From: Nitrososphaerota archaeon
GTDB lineage: Archaea > Thermoproteota > Nitrososphaeria > Nitrososphaerales > Gagatemarchaeaceae
DNA length: 32,000 nt
Reading direction: 5' to 3'
Assembly (NCBI GenBank): GCA_028866945.1
Contig: JAGWHE010000005.1
Coordinates: forward strand, 1-32,000
The notes beneath the pieces were generated by a model. It searched no databases. It was not told the origin of the DNA and saw only the letters and a program-made list of their open reading frames with translations. The first letter of the stretch is position 1; each line of letters opens with the position of its first letter. Shown here in pieces: positions 25,905 to 32,000 of this stretch. The position numbers were made by a program, and so were the translations under genes.

Positions 25905-26747
25905 GTGCCGCTTAGGAAGCCAGCCGTAGCCGGACAGTTCTACCCTTCCGACCCGTCAGAGCTCTCCAGGCTCATCGACAGCTGCTATACCCACCCGCTC
26001 GGCCCGGGCAGGACCTCTCCGGCCCCCGCGGCGGACGCAGGGACTGTCGCGGTGGTCAGCCCTCACGCTGGGTACATCTACTCCGGGCCTGTAGCCGCTC
26101 ACTCCTATCTCCACGTATCGTCGATGAGGAAGCCCGACACCATCGTGGTCGTCGCCCCGAACCACTACGGCATGGGGAGCGGGGTCTCCACCTTCAGTGA
26201 CGGGGAGTGGGAGACGCCCCTAGGGCGGATGAGGGTCGACGCTGCGTCGGCGGCCCGGCTCGTCGAAACATGCGATCTTGTGACAGTGGACGCGGACGCA
26301 CATAGGCTCGAGCACTCCCTGGAGGTCCAGCTCCCGTTCCTTCAGCGGATCTACGGGGACTCGGTCCCGCTGCTCCCCGTGTCCATGCTCTTCCAGGACA
26401 TCGACACGTCCATCGCGCTCTCGAAGGGGCTGGTCAAGGTCCTCAGGGGGAGGAAGGCAGTCCTAGTCGCCTCCTCCGACCTCACCCACTACGAACCCGC
26501 CGCAGCCGCCATGAAGAAGGACTCGGCCCTCATCAAACAGGTATTGGACATGGACCTGAACGGCTTCTACTCCACCCTTGAGAGGCTGGACGTCTCAGCC
26601 TGCGGCTACGGCGCCATCGCCACGGTCATGCAGACGGCAGCCGCCCTGGGCCTCGGGAAGGCCGAGCTCCTCAAGCACGCCACCAGCGGGGACGCCCAGG
26701 GAGACAACCTTCAAGTCGTGGGCTACGCCGCCCTGAGATTCGTATAG
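25905..26747 (+). CDS. MEMO1 family protein (AmmeMemoRadiSam system protein B-like)
   Basis: 280 aa with a GTG start. Contains RKPAVAGQFYPSDPSEL, SPHAGYIYSG, EHSLEVQLPFLQ, and SSDLTHY. Confidence 0.85.
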   Translation: MPLRKPAVAGQFYPSDPSELSRLIDSCYTHPLGPGRTSPAPAADAGTVAVVSPHAGYIYSGPVAAHSYLHVSSMRKPDTIVVVAPNHYGMGSGVSTFSDGEWETPLGRMRVDAASAARLVETCDLVTVDADAHRLEHSLEVQLPFLQRIYGDSVPLLPVSMLFQDIDTSIALSKGLVKVLRGRKAVLVASSDLTHYEPAAAAMKKDSALIKQVLDMDLNGFYSTLERLDVSACGYGAIATVMQTAAALGLGKAELLKHATSGDAQGDNLQVVGYAALRFV

Positions 26748-26748
26748 C

Positions 26749-27675
26749 ATGAAGGCCGTAGCCGAGGCTCCGTCGAAGGTCATCATCACCGGCGAGCACT
26801 TCGTCGTCCACGGGGCCTGGGCCCTCGCCGCCGCCATCCCCCGGCGGGTCAGAGTGGTGGTGAGCCGGTCGCCTTCGCTCACTGTGAAGTCCGACAGGTT
26901 CGACGGGAGGTCTCCGAACCTCGCGCCGGTGCGCCGGATAGTGAATGAGGTGAGCAAGGAATTCTCGGTAAGCTCCGCCGTCAGCGTCTCGATCTCCTCG
27001 CAGGTTCCCGAGGGCGCCGGGCTGGGCTCTTCCGCATCTACCATGGTCGCGGTTGCTTCCGCCCTCTCCAGATTCCACTCGCTCGACCTCGGGGTCGGAG
27101 ACGTCGTCCGCCTCTCCATGGTGGGGGAGCAGGACATTCACGGCAGGCCCTCCGGTATCGACCCCACGGTCTGTGCCCACGGCGGGGTGATTCTTTTCAG
27201 ACCAGGCTCTGCGCCCAGGAAGGTCCGCCTCGGTGGCCCCCGGACGCTGATCGTTTCCTTCTCGGGAATCAACCGCGCCACCAGGGGCCAGATCGGCCGC
27301 GTCTCCCGGACGAAGGCGAAATACCCGGCGCTCTTCTCGACGCTCGCCCAGGCGGTCAGCGGCCTGAGCCTCGAAGCCGCTGAGAAGCTCGCCGCAGGGG
27401 ACCTGAAGGGCCTGGGGGGTGACCTGGCGGTGGACCATGCGGCCCTGGACTCGATGGGGGTGTCAAACGACACCCTGGACTCGATGGTCGACCTCATGGC
27501 GTCTCTGGGGTGCTATGGGGCGAAGCTCACCGGCGCCGGAGGGGGAGGGAGCGTCCTCGGAGTGGCGCCCAAAGCAAAGGAAAAAAGCATTGTTTCAGGG
27601 CTCTCCGCGCGAGGGTTCGAAACGTTCACAGCGCGCATACCAACCGAGGGAGTGAAAAGCTGGCTAGAGCGGTAG
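26749..27675 (+). CDS. mvk: mevalonate kinase (GHMP family)
   Basis: 308 aa. Contains APSKVIITGEHFVVHG, the GHMP motif PEGAGLGSSAS, and GAKLTGAGGGGSV. Confidence 0.88.
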   Translation: MKAVAEAPSKVIITGEHFVVHGAWALAAAIPRRVRVVVSRSPSLTVKSDRFDGRSPNLAPVRRIVNEVSKEFSVSSAVSVSISSQVPEGAGLGSSASTMVAVASALSRFHSLDLGVGDVVRLSMVGEQDIHGRPSGIDPTVCAHGGVILFRPGSAPRKVRLGGPRTLIVSFSGINRATRGQIGRVSRTKAKYPALFSTLAQAVSGLSLEAAEKLAAGDLKGLGGDLAVDHAALDSMGVSNDTLDSMVDLMASLGCYGAKLTGAGGGGSVLGVAPKAKEKSIVSGLSARGFETFTARIPTEGVKSWLER

Positions 27676-28406
27676 TTGCGAAGCTGGGCGGCTCCGTCAT
27701 AACCGACAAGTCGAAGCCCTTCTCCTACCGCCCTGACGTGGTGTCGGCGCTCTCGGAGGAGATTGCTTCCTCCGACCAGAAGGTCGTGGTGGTGCACGGG
27801 GGAGGGTCGTTCGGCCACGTGGTGGCCAAGCAGCATGGGATCAACACAGAGCCGGGGGAGGCGCCTGCGGCCGGCGTGGCCCAGACCAGGGGGGCGATGT
27901 ACGAGCTCAACCGGCTCGTCTGCAAGACCATGATGGAGTTCAAGCTGAGCCCCTATCCGTTCTCCCCCTTCGACGCCGTGAGCAGGGCCGGAGGCCCCGC
28001 CGTGGCGGCCTGGATCAGGGGGCTCCTGAAGGAGGGGCTCACCCCGGTCACATTCGGGGACGTCGGGCTCGCGCCGGGGGGATTCAGGGTGATCTCCGGG
28101 GACGTGATCGTCCAGGAGCTGGCGAAGATCGTCGAGCCTGAGCGCTGCGTCTTCGCACTCGACGTGGACGGGGTCTATGAGGAGAACACGAGGGTTATCA
28201 TCCCAGAGCTCACCCCGTCGAAGATCAAGAGGATGAAGGTCCAGAGCGGCGACGACGCCACCGGAGGGATGAAGCTGAAGCTCGACGTCGCGGCGCGCAT
28301 CGCCGCCGGGGGCTCCAGGGTCTGCTTCGTCTCCGGCTACCGGAGGAACGAGTTCTCGAAGGCGCTGAAGGGACTGGACTTCTACGGGACAGTGGTCAGG
28401 TCCTAG
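27510..28406 (+). CDS. ipk: isopentenyl phosphate kinase (start codon unresolved)
   Basis: Amino-acid-kinase fold. Contains VAKLGGSVITDK from about 27675, VVVHGGGSFGH, and GDDATGGMKLK. The coordinates give the maximal ORF. The first 55 codons overlap mvk out of frame and are Arg-rich shadow-like sequence. No ATG, GTG or TTG lies in frame between 27510 and the KLGGS motif (see findings). Confidence 0.8.
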   Translation: MLWGEAHRRRRGRERPRSGAQSKGKKHCFRALRARVRNVHSAHTNRGSEKLARAVVAKLGGSVITDKSKPFSYRPDVVSALSEEIASSDQKVVVVHGGGSFGHVVAKQHGINTEPGEAPAAGVAQTRGAMYELNRLVCKTMMEFKLSPYPFSPFDAVSRAGGPAVAAWIRGLLKEGLTPVTFGDVGLAPGGFRVISGDVIVQELAKIVEPERCVFALDVDGVYEENTRVIIPELTPSKIKRMKVQSGDDATGGMKLKLDVAARIAAGGSRVCFVSGYRRNEFSKALKGLDFYGTVVRS

Positions 28407-28434
28407 TCCTCGCAGGGATAACCAGGGTCTGGGC

Positions 28435-29466
28435 ATGTCCATCCTCCAGGACGAGATGAAGCGCGTCAAGGCGCGTGTCGACCGAGCAATCCTCGACGAG
28501 CTCCTGCCGAAGTCGAGCCCCATCAAGGAAGTGGACCTGCTCTACAGGATGATGAGAGACTACCCGGCCCGCCCCGCCAAGGGGATGCGGCCCTTCCTCT
28601 GCGTCACCGCCTGCAGGGCCGCGGGAGGTGGCGAGGACGACGCGATCCTCACGGCCGCCTGCATCGAGCTCTTCCAGAACTGGATCCTGATACACGACGA
28701 CATCGAAGACGGGTCGGAACTCCGTAGGGGGTCCCCTGCCCTCCACATGTCATACGGGGTGCCCCTGGCCCTCAACGCCGGGGACGCCCTCCATGCCCGC
28801 ACCTGGGAGGCGCTACTCCGGAACGTGCCCAGGCTCGGGCTTCAGCGCACCTTCTCCGTCCTCGGGGAGTTCTCCAGGATGGTCAATGAAACCACCGAGG
28901 GGCAGCACATGGAGCTCGGATGGGTCGTCCGAAAGCGGTGGGACCTGACCGAGAAGGACTACTTCGAGATGTGCACCAAGAAGACGTCGTGGTACACCGT
29001 CGCCAGCCCATGCAGGCTCGGGGCGATAGTCGCGGGGGCGAAGGCGGGCGTCCTGGCCGACCTGAAGGAGTTCGGGACCAGCCTCGGCGTCGCCTTCCAG
29101 ATTCAGGACGACTCCCTCAACCTCACCGGAGACGAAAAGAAGTACGGCAAGGCGAAGTCGGACGACATCCTGGAGGGGAAGAGGACCCTGATCCTCCTCC
29201 GCCTCCTGTCGGAGGCGGGCCAGGGCGAGAGAGACAGAGTGGTCGCGATCATGGGCAAGGTCAGGGCGAAGAAGACCGAGAAGGACGTCGCCTACGTCCT
29301 CTCCCTCATCGAGAAATACGATGCCGTGGGCTACGCCAGGAAGAGGGCGGCCGAGCTGTTGAAAGACGCCCTGGCGACCCTGAAGGGCGTTGCCTGGGAG
29401 GGGGACAAGGACGCCGCAGCGCTCCTCGCGGCCTTCGCAAGGTTCGCAGTAGAGAGAGAATGGTAG
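28435..29466 (+). CDS. short-chain (E)-prenyl diphosphate synthase, probably geranylgeranyl diphosphate synthase
   Basis: 343 aa. First Asp-rich motif IHDDIED followed by RRG (28696..28710). Second motif QDDSLN (29107..29121). A bulky Trp five residues before the first motif suggests a short product. Chain length is not provable from sequence alone. Confidence 0.82.
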   Translation: MSILQDEMKRVKARVDRAILDELLPKSSPIKEVDLLYRMMRDYPARPAKGMRPFLCVTACRAAGGGEDDAILTAACIELFQNWILIHDDIEDGSELRRGSPALHMSYGVPLALNAGDALHARTWEALLRNVPRLGLQRTFSVLGEFSRMVNETTEGQHMELGWVVRKRWDLTEKDYFEMCTKKTSWYTVASPCRLGAIVAGAKAGVLADLKEFGTSLGVAFQIQDDSLNLTGDEKKYGKAKSDDILEGKRTLILLRLLSEAGQGERDRVVAIMGKVRAKKTEKDVAYVLSLIEKYDAVGYARKRAAELLKDALATLKGVAWEGDKDAAALLAAFARFAVEREW

Positions 29467-31175
29467 CCGACTCGCTCAGCAAAGACGTGCTTGACGCCAT
29501 CGAAAGGGCCGCCCTGACGAACGCGGTCAAGCACCAGGGCCGGGCCGACGCCGGCGCGGTGATCGGCAGGGTCCTCGCGGAGCGGCCCGACCTCAAGGCG
29601 AATGCCGGGCTGATCTCGAAGGAGTCGGCCGCGGCTGCCAAGAGGGTCAACTCCCTCTCCGCCGACCAGCAGCAGAGGCTGCTCGCGGAAAGGTTCCCCG
29701 ACGCGGTGGAGGAAAAGCAGAAGCACGGACGGGTGGGACTGCCGCCGCTCCCGAACGCGGTCAAGGGGAAGACAGGATTCAGGCTCCCCCCGGAGCCTTC
29801 AGGGTTCATGACCATCGGCCACGCCATGGCGTTCACCATCAACTACCTGTACAAGGAGCAGTACGACGGCGAGCTCTGGCTAAGGTTCGAGGACACCAAC
29901 CCCAGGAAGGTGCAGCCCAGATACTATGACAGCTTCCGGAGGGGCATCGCCTGGCTGGGCATCGAGTGCGACCACGAGAAGAACGTCTCCGACGACATGG
30001 AGGCCATCTATGCCAGCGGGAAGAAGCTCCTCGAGCAGGGGGACGCCTACGCCTGCTCCTGCGACGAAGCCAAGGTGAAGCGCCTGCGGTTCGACGGCGT
30101 CGCCTGCGAGCACAGAGACAACCCGGTCGAGACGAACCTGCGGATCTGGGACGAGCTGCTGGCGAAGAAGCACGGCGAGGGCTCCTACGTGGTCAGGTTC
30201 AAGGGAGACATGCAGAGCCCGAACTACTCCCTCAGGGACACGAACCTGTTCAGGGTCATCGCCCAAGCCCACCCGCTGACCGGGGAGAGGTACACCCTGT
30301 GGCCCACCTACGACCTGGCGAACGCCGTCGAGGACGAGATGTGCGGGATCACCCACGTCCTCAGGAGCTCCGAGTTCAGGAACGAGCTGCAGCAGCTCAT
30401 CAGGGACGCCCTGAAGTTCAGGCGCCTGGAGGTCATCCAGTTCTCAAGGTTCAACTTCAAGGGGACACCGGTATCAAAGCGGCTCCTGCGCCCGCTGGTG
30501 GAGAAGAAGGTCGTCTCGGGTTGGGACGACCCTAGGATGCCTACGGTGGACGGTCTGAAGCGGCGTGGGGTGGTCCCCCAGGCCATCAGGGACTTCACCC
30601 TGCAGGTCGGCTATACCAAGACCGAGCACGAGTACGACTGGAGCATCTTGCTCTCGGTCAACAGGAAGATCCTGGACCCGGTGTCGAAGCGGCTCTTCTT
30701 CGTCCCCGACCCGGTCCCGCTGGCGGTCGAAGGGGCCCCGGACAGGAAGGTGGAGCTGCCGTTCCACCCCCAGAACGACCTCGGGAGCCGCACCATCAGC
30801 ACCGGAGGCGAGCTCTTCGTCTCCTCGGGCGACGTGAGGGGGCTGACCAAGGGGAGCGTGTTTCGCCTGATGGACCTGTACAACGTGGAGCTGACGTCTG
30901 CCGGACAGAAGCCGGCGGCGAAATATGCAGGGGACGAGCTCATCCCCAACACGAGGAAGTTCCAATGGGTCACCCCCGATCACGCCGAGGTCGAAGTCAC
31001 CGTGCCCGGAGAGCTCTTCCTCGAAGGGGACGTCTACAACGAGGGAAGCCTGAAGCTGGTCAGGGGGTTCGCCGAAGGCGCGGTCTCACAACTGAAGCCG
31101 GGGGACATCGTCCAGTTCCCCAGGTTCGGATTCTGCCGCCTCGACTCGCCCGGCCACTTCATCATGACCGGATAG
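29460..31175 (+). CDS. gltX: glutamyl-tRNA synthetase, archaeal/eukaryal-type
   Basis: Inner ATG of ORF 28920..31175, giving 571 aa. The N-terminal LTNAVKHQGRADAGAVIGRV helical domain is typical of archaeal GluRS. The class I HIGH-like motif is PSGFMTIGHA. Also contains LRFEDTNPRK, WPTYDLANAVED, and THVLRS. Confidence 0.9.
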   Translation: MVADSLSKDVLDAIERAALTNAVKHQGRADAGAVIGRVLAERPDLKANAGLISKESAAAAKRVNSLSADQQQRLLAERFPDAVEEKQKHGRVGLPPLPNAVKGKTGFRLPPEPSGFMTIGHAMAFTINYLYKEQYDGELWLRFEDTNPRKVQPRYYDSFRRGIAWLGIECDHEKNVSDDMEAIYASGKKLLEQGDAYACSCDEAKVKRLRFDGVACEHRDNPVETNLRIWDELLAKKHGEGSYVVRFKGDMQSPNYSLRDTNLFRVIAQAHPLTGERYTLWPTYDLANAVEDEMCGITHVLRSSEFRNELQQLIRDALKFRRLEVIQFSRFNFKGTPVSKRLLRPLVEKKVVSGWDDPRMPTVDGLKRRGVVPQAIRDFTLQVGYTKTEHEYDWSILLSVNRKILDPVSKRLFFVPDPVPLAVEGAPDRKVELPFHPQNDLGSRTISTGGELFVSSGDVRGLTKGSVFRLMDLYNVELTSAGQKPAAKYAGDELIPNTRKFQWVTPDHAEVEVTVPGELFLEGDVYNEGSLKLVRGFAEGAVSQLKPGDIVQFPRFGFCRLDSPGHFIMTG

Positions 31176-31203
31176 GCGCCGACCGACTTTTGGCGGCTAA
31201 CCG

Positions 31204-31210
31204 TTTATAT
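31204..31210 (+). promoter_or_regulatory. TATA box for the L7Ae-S28e operon
   Basis: TTTATAT lies ~39 nt upstream of the ATG at 31246. A short leader containing GAAGG is expected. Confidence 0.45.
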
Positions 31211-31245
31211 GCTGGGCAAATCGGGCTGGTTTGGGAGATTGAAGG

Positions 31246-31632
31246 ATGACCCCCGACAAGAAGCCTTACTACATCAAGTTCGAGACGCCCAAGGAAGTCT
31301 CTGAAGCTGCGTATGAGGTCCTGAGGCAGGCGTCGCGCACGGGGAAGGTCCGCAAGGGGACCAACGAGTCGACGAAAGCCATCGAAAGGGGCCTCGCCAA
31401 GCTGGTGGTAATCGCCGAGGACGTCACCCCGCCCGAAGTGGTCGCTCACCTACCGATCCTCTGCGACGAGAGGAAGATTCCATACGTGTTCGTGCCGTCG
31501 AAGGACCAGATAGGGCCGGCGATAGGGATCGACGTGTCCACGGCCGCGGCCGCGGTCCTCGAAGCTGGCGAAGGCTCGCAGATCCTTGAGCAGGTCACCC
31601 AGGAGCTTTCGAGGCTGAAGAAGGCCGCATGA
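31246..31632 (+). CDS. rpl7ae: 50S ribosomal protein L7Ae (K-turn binding protein)
   Basis: 128 aa. Contains [42 protein letters not shown]. Confidence 0.93.
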   Translation: MTPDKKPYYIKFETPKEVSEAAYEVLRQASRTGKVRKGTNESTKAIERGLAKLVVIAEDVTPPEVVAHLPILCDERKIPYVFVPSKDQIGPAIGIDVSTAAAAVLEAGEGSQILEQVTQELSRLKKAA

Positions 31633-31910
31633 GCAGCAAGAAAGAAGCAGAAACTCTAACCCCAGCCGAGGTAGTGCAGATTGTCGGAAGGACGGGGGTG
31701 GCCGGCGAGATCACTCAAGTCCGCGTCAAGATACTCGAAGGGAAGGAGAAGGGGCGCATCCTGACCAGGAACGTGAAGGGCCCGATCAAGCTTGCCGACG
31801 TGCTGGTCCTGAGAGAGACCGAGCGAGAGGCTCGGAAATTGAAGCTGGATTTGCTTTTGTGGTTCATTCTGGGCTTCGCATTAGTTGCCCGACTTGGGCT
31901 CATCCACTAG
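31629..31910 (+). CDS. rps28e: 30S ribosomal protein eS28 with a 22-codon C-terminal read-through extension
   Basis: ATGA overlap with L7Ae. Residues 1-71 form a complete S28e ([27 protein letters not shown]...[14 protein letters not shown]). The ORF then continues as [22 protein letters not shown] to the first in-frame stop at 31908. Confidence 0.85.
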   Translation: MSSKKEAETLTPAEVVQIVGRTGVAGEITQVRVKILEGKEKGRILTRNVKGPIKLADVLVLRETEREARKLKLDLLLWFILGFALVARLGLIH

Positions 31911-32000
31911 GCGCACGACGACCTCCAATTGGCCCTCTTCTTCGCCCATCTTTGAACCGTCTCGAACGACAACAATACCCCGAACTCGTCAAGGACCTTC
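31907..32000 (-). CDS. 3' end (last 31 codons) of an unidentified convergent gene entering from beyond the window
   Basis: My reverse-strand translation reads ..[30 protein letters not shown], then a stop (complement of 31907-31909). The third-codon positions are G/C-rich, as in the other genes. Too short to assign a product. Confidence 0.3.
   Translation of the reverse strand, partial: KVLDEFGVLLSFETVQRWAKKRANWRSSCA

Noticed and set aside
27640-27680. Programmed -1 frameshift fusing MVK to IPK
   Set aside because: The IPK frame is -1 relative to mvk. However, the only candidate site (GTG AAA AGC) is not a proper X XXY YYZ slippery heptamer, and I see no obvious downstream stimulatory structure. 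An indel or unusual initiation is more parsimonious.
27513-28526. 337-aa minus-strand ORF opposite ipk
   Set aside because: A shadow ORF, for the same reasons. The same applies to the other long antisense frames, such as 4123..4821, 15532..16224, 16202..16966, 25187..25777 and 26671..27438.
29107-29121. Second Asp-rich motif of the prenyl synthase reads DDSLN rather than DDxxD
   Set aside because: Variation at the last position of this motif occurs in some prenyl diphosphate synthase subfamilies, to my recollection. That is not enough on its own to infer altered chemistry.
28920-29459. 180-codon N-terminal extension of the gltX reading frame, making a 751-aa ORF
   Set aside because: The extension overlaps the prenyl synthase gene out of frame and is Arg/Gly-rich shadow sequence. 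GluRS homology begins at the ATG at 29460.
31176-31260. K-turn in the L7Ae 5' leader (autoregulation described in some archaea)
   Set aside because: GGATGA around the start codon resembles a C-box half. I could not build a convincing C-stem, 3-nt bulge and tandem G.A/A.G arrangement with a partner strand by hand.
31840-31884. CFCG-containing frame ([13 protein letters not shown]) after S28e as a remnant of L24e
   Set aside because: Only the four-residue CxxC-like match is present. There is no start codon, no following I.PG.G motif and a stop after 14 codons. No frame combination restores L24e.
1-32000. Search for CRISPR repeats, IS or transposase genes, integrases, toxin-antitoxin pairs, restriction-modification or other defence cassettes
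   Set aside because: None was seen. Every ORF of credible coding character is assignable to a housekeeping family, apart from the wHTH protein's C-terminal domain and the 31-codon fragment at the right edge.

Overview
GC-rich archaeal chromosome segment made almost entirely of core housekeeping genes. I found no CRISPR array, transposase, toxin-antitoxin or defence-like cassette, and no convincing novel multi-gene system.

Gene content, left to right:
- A partial sdhA/frdA flavoprotein gene on the minus strand, running off the window.
- A near gap-free plus-strand ribosomal super-operon: L22, S3, L29, RNase P Rpp29, S17, L14, L24, S4e, L5, S14, S8, L6, L32e, L19e, L18, S5, L30, L15, SecY, archaeal AdkA, a DUF106/Oxa1-like membrane protein, Cmk and Cbf5.
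- A tRNA-Ser(GGA).
- A guaB-purA-purB purine operon.
- Minus-strand deoxyhypusine synthase and glmS.
- A wHTH protein with an uncharacterised C-terminal domain.
- An inverted S13-S4-S11 block (minus strand), head to head with rpoD-L18e-L13-S9-rpoN-S2.
- A MEMO1-like gene, then mvk, ipk, a short-chain prenyl diphosphate synthase and gltX.
- L7Ae-S28e, and the tail of an unidentified convergent gene at the window edge.

Items worth a second look:
1. The tRNA-Ser folds only if two introns are removed: 13 nt at 37/38 and 27 nt in the T-loop at 59/60.
2. The DUF106/Oxa1-like insertase homolog carries an N-terminal signal anchor, a Thr linker and an IPT/Ig-like ectodomain.
3. The wHTH protein with an unknown alpha/beta-like domain lies divergent from glmS.
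4. ipk has no canonical start codon near its conserved N-terminus.
5. S28e lacks its expected stop and reads 22 hydrophobic codons into a T-rich spacer, and L24e is absent.
6. Several synteny breaks relative to the canonical archaeal ribosomal and RNAP clusters.
7. TATA-like boxes sit about 25-31 nt upstream of the start codons of most operon-first genes.

The archaeal-type AdkA, the relaxed-BHB non-canonical tRNA intron and the absence of L14e/L34e here hint at a TACK/Thermoproteota-like lineage. That placement is inference only.
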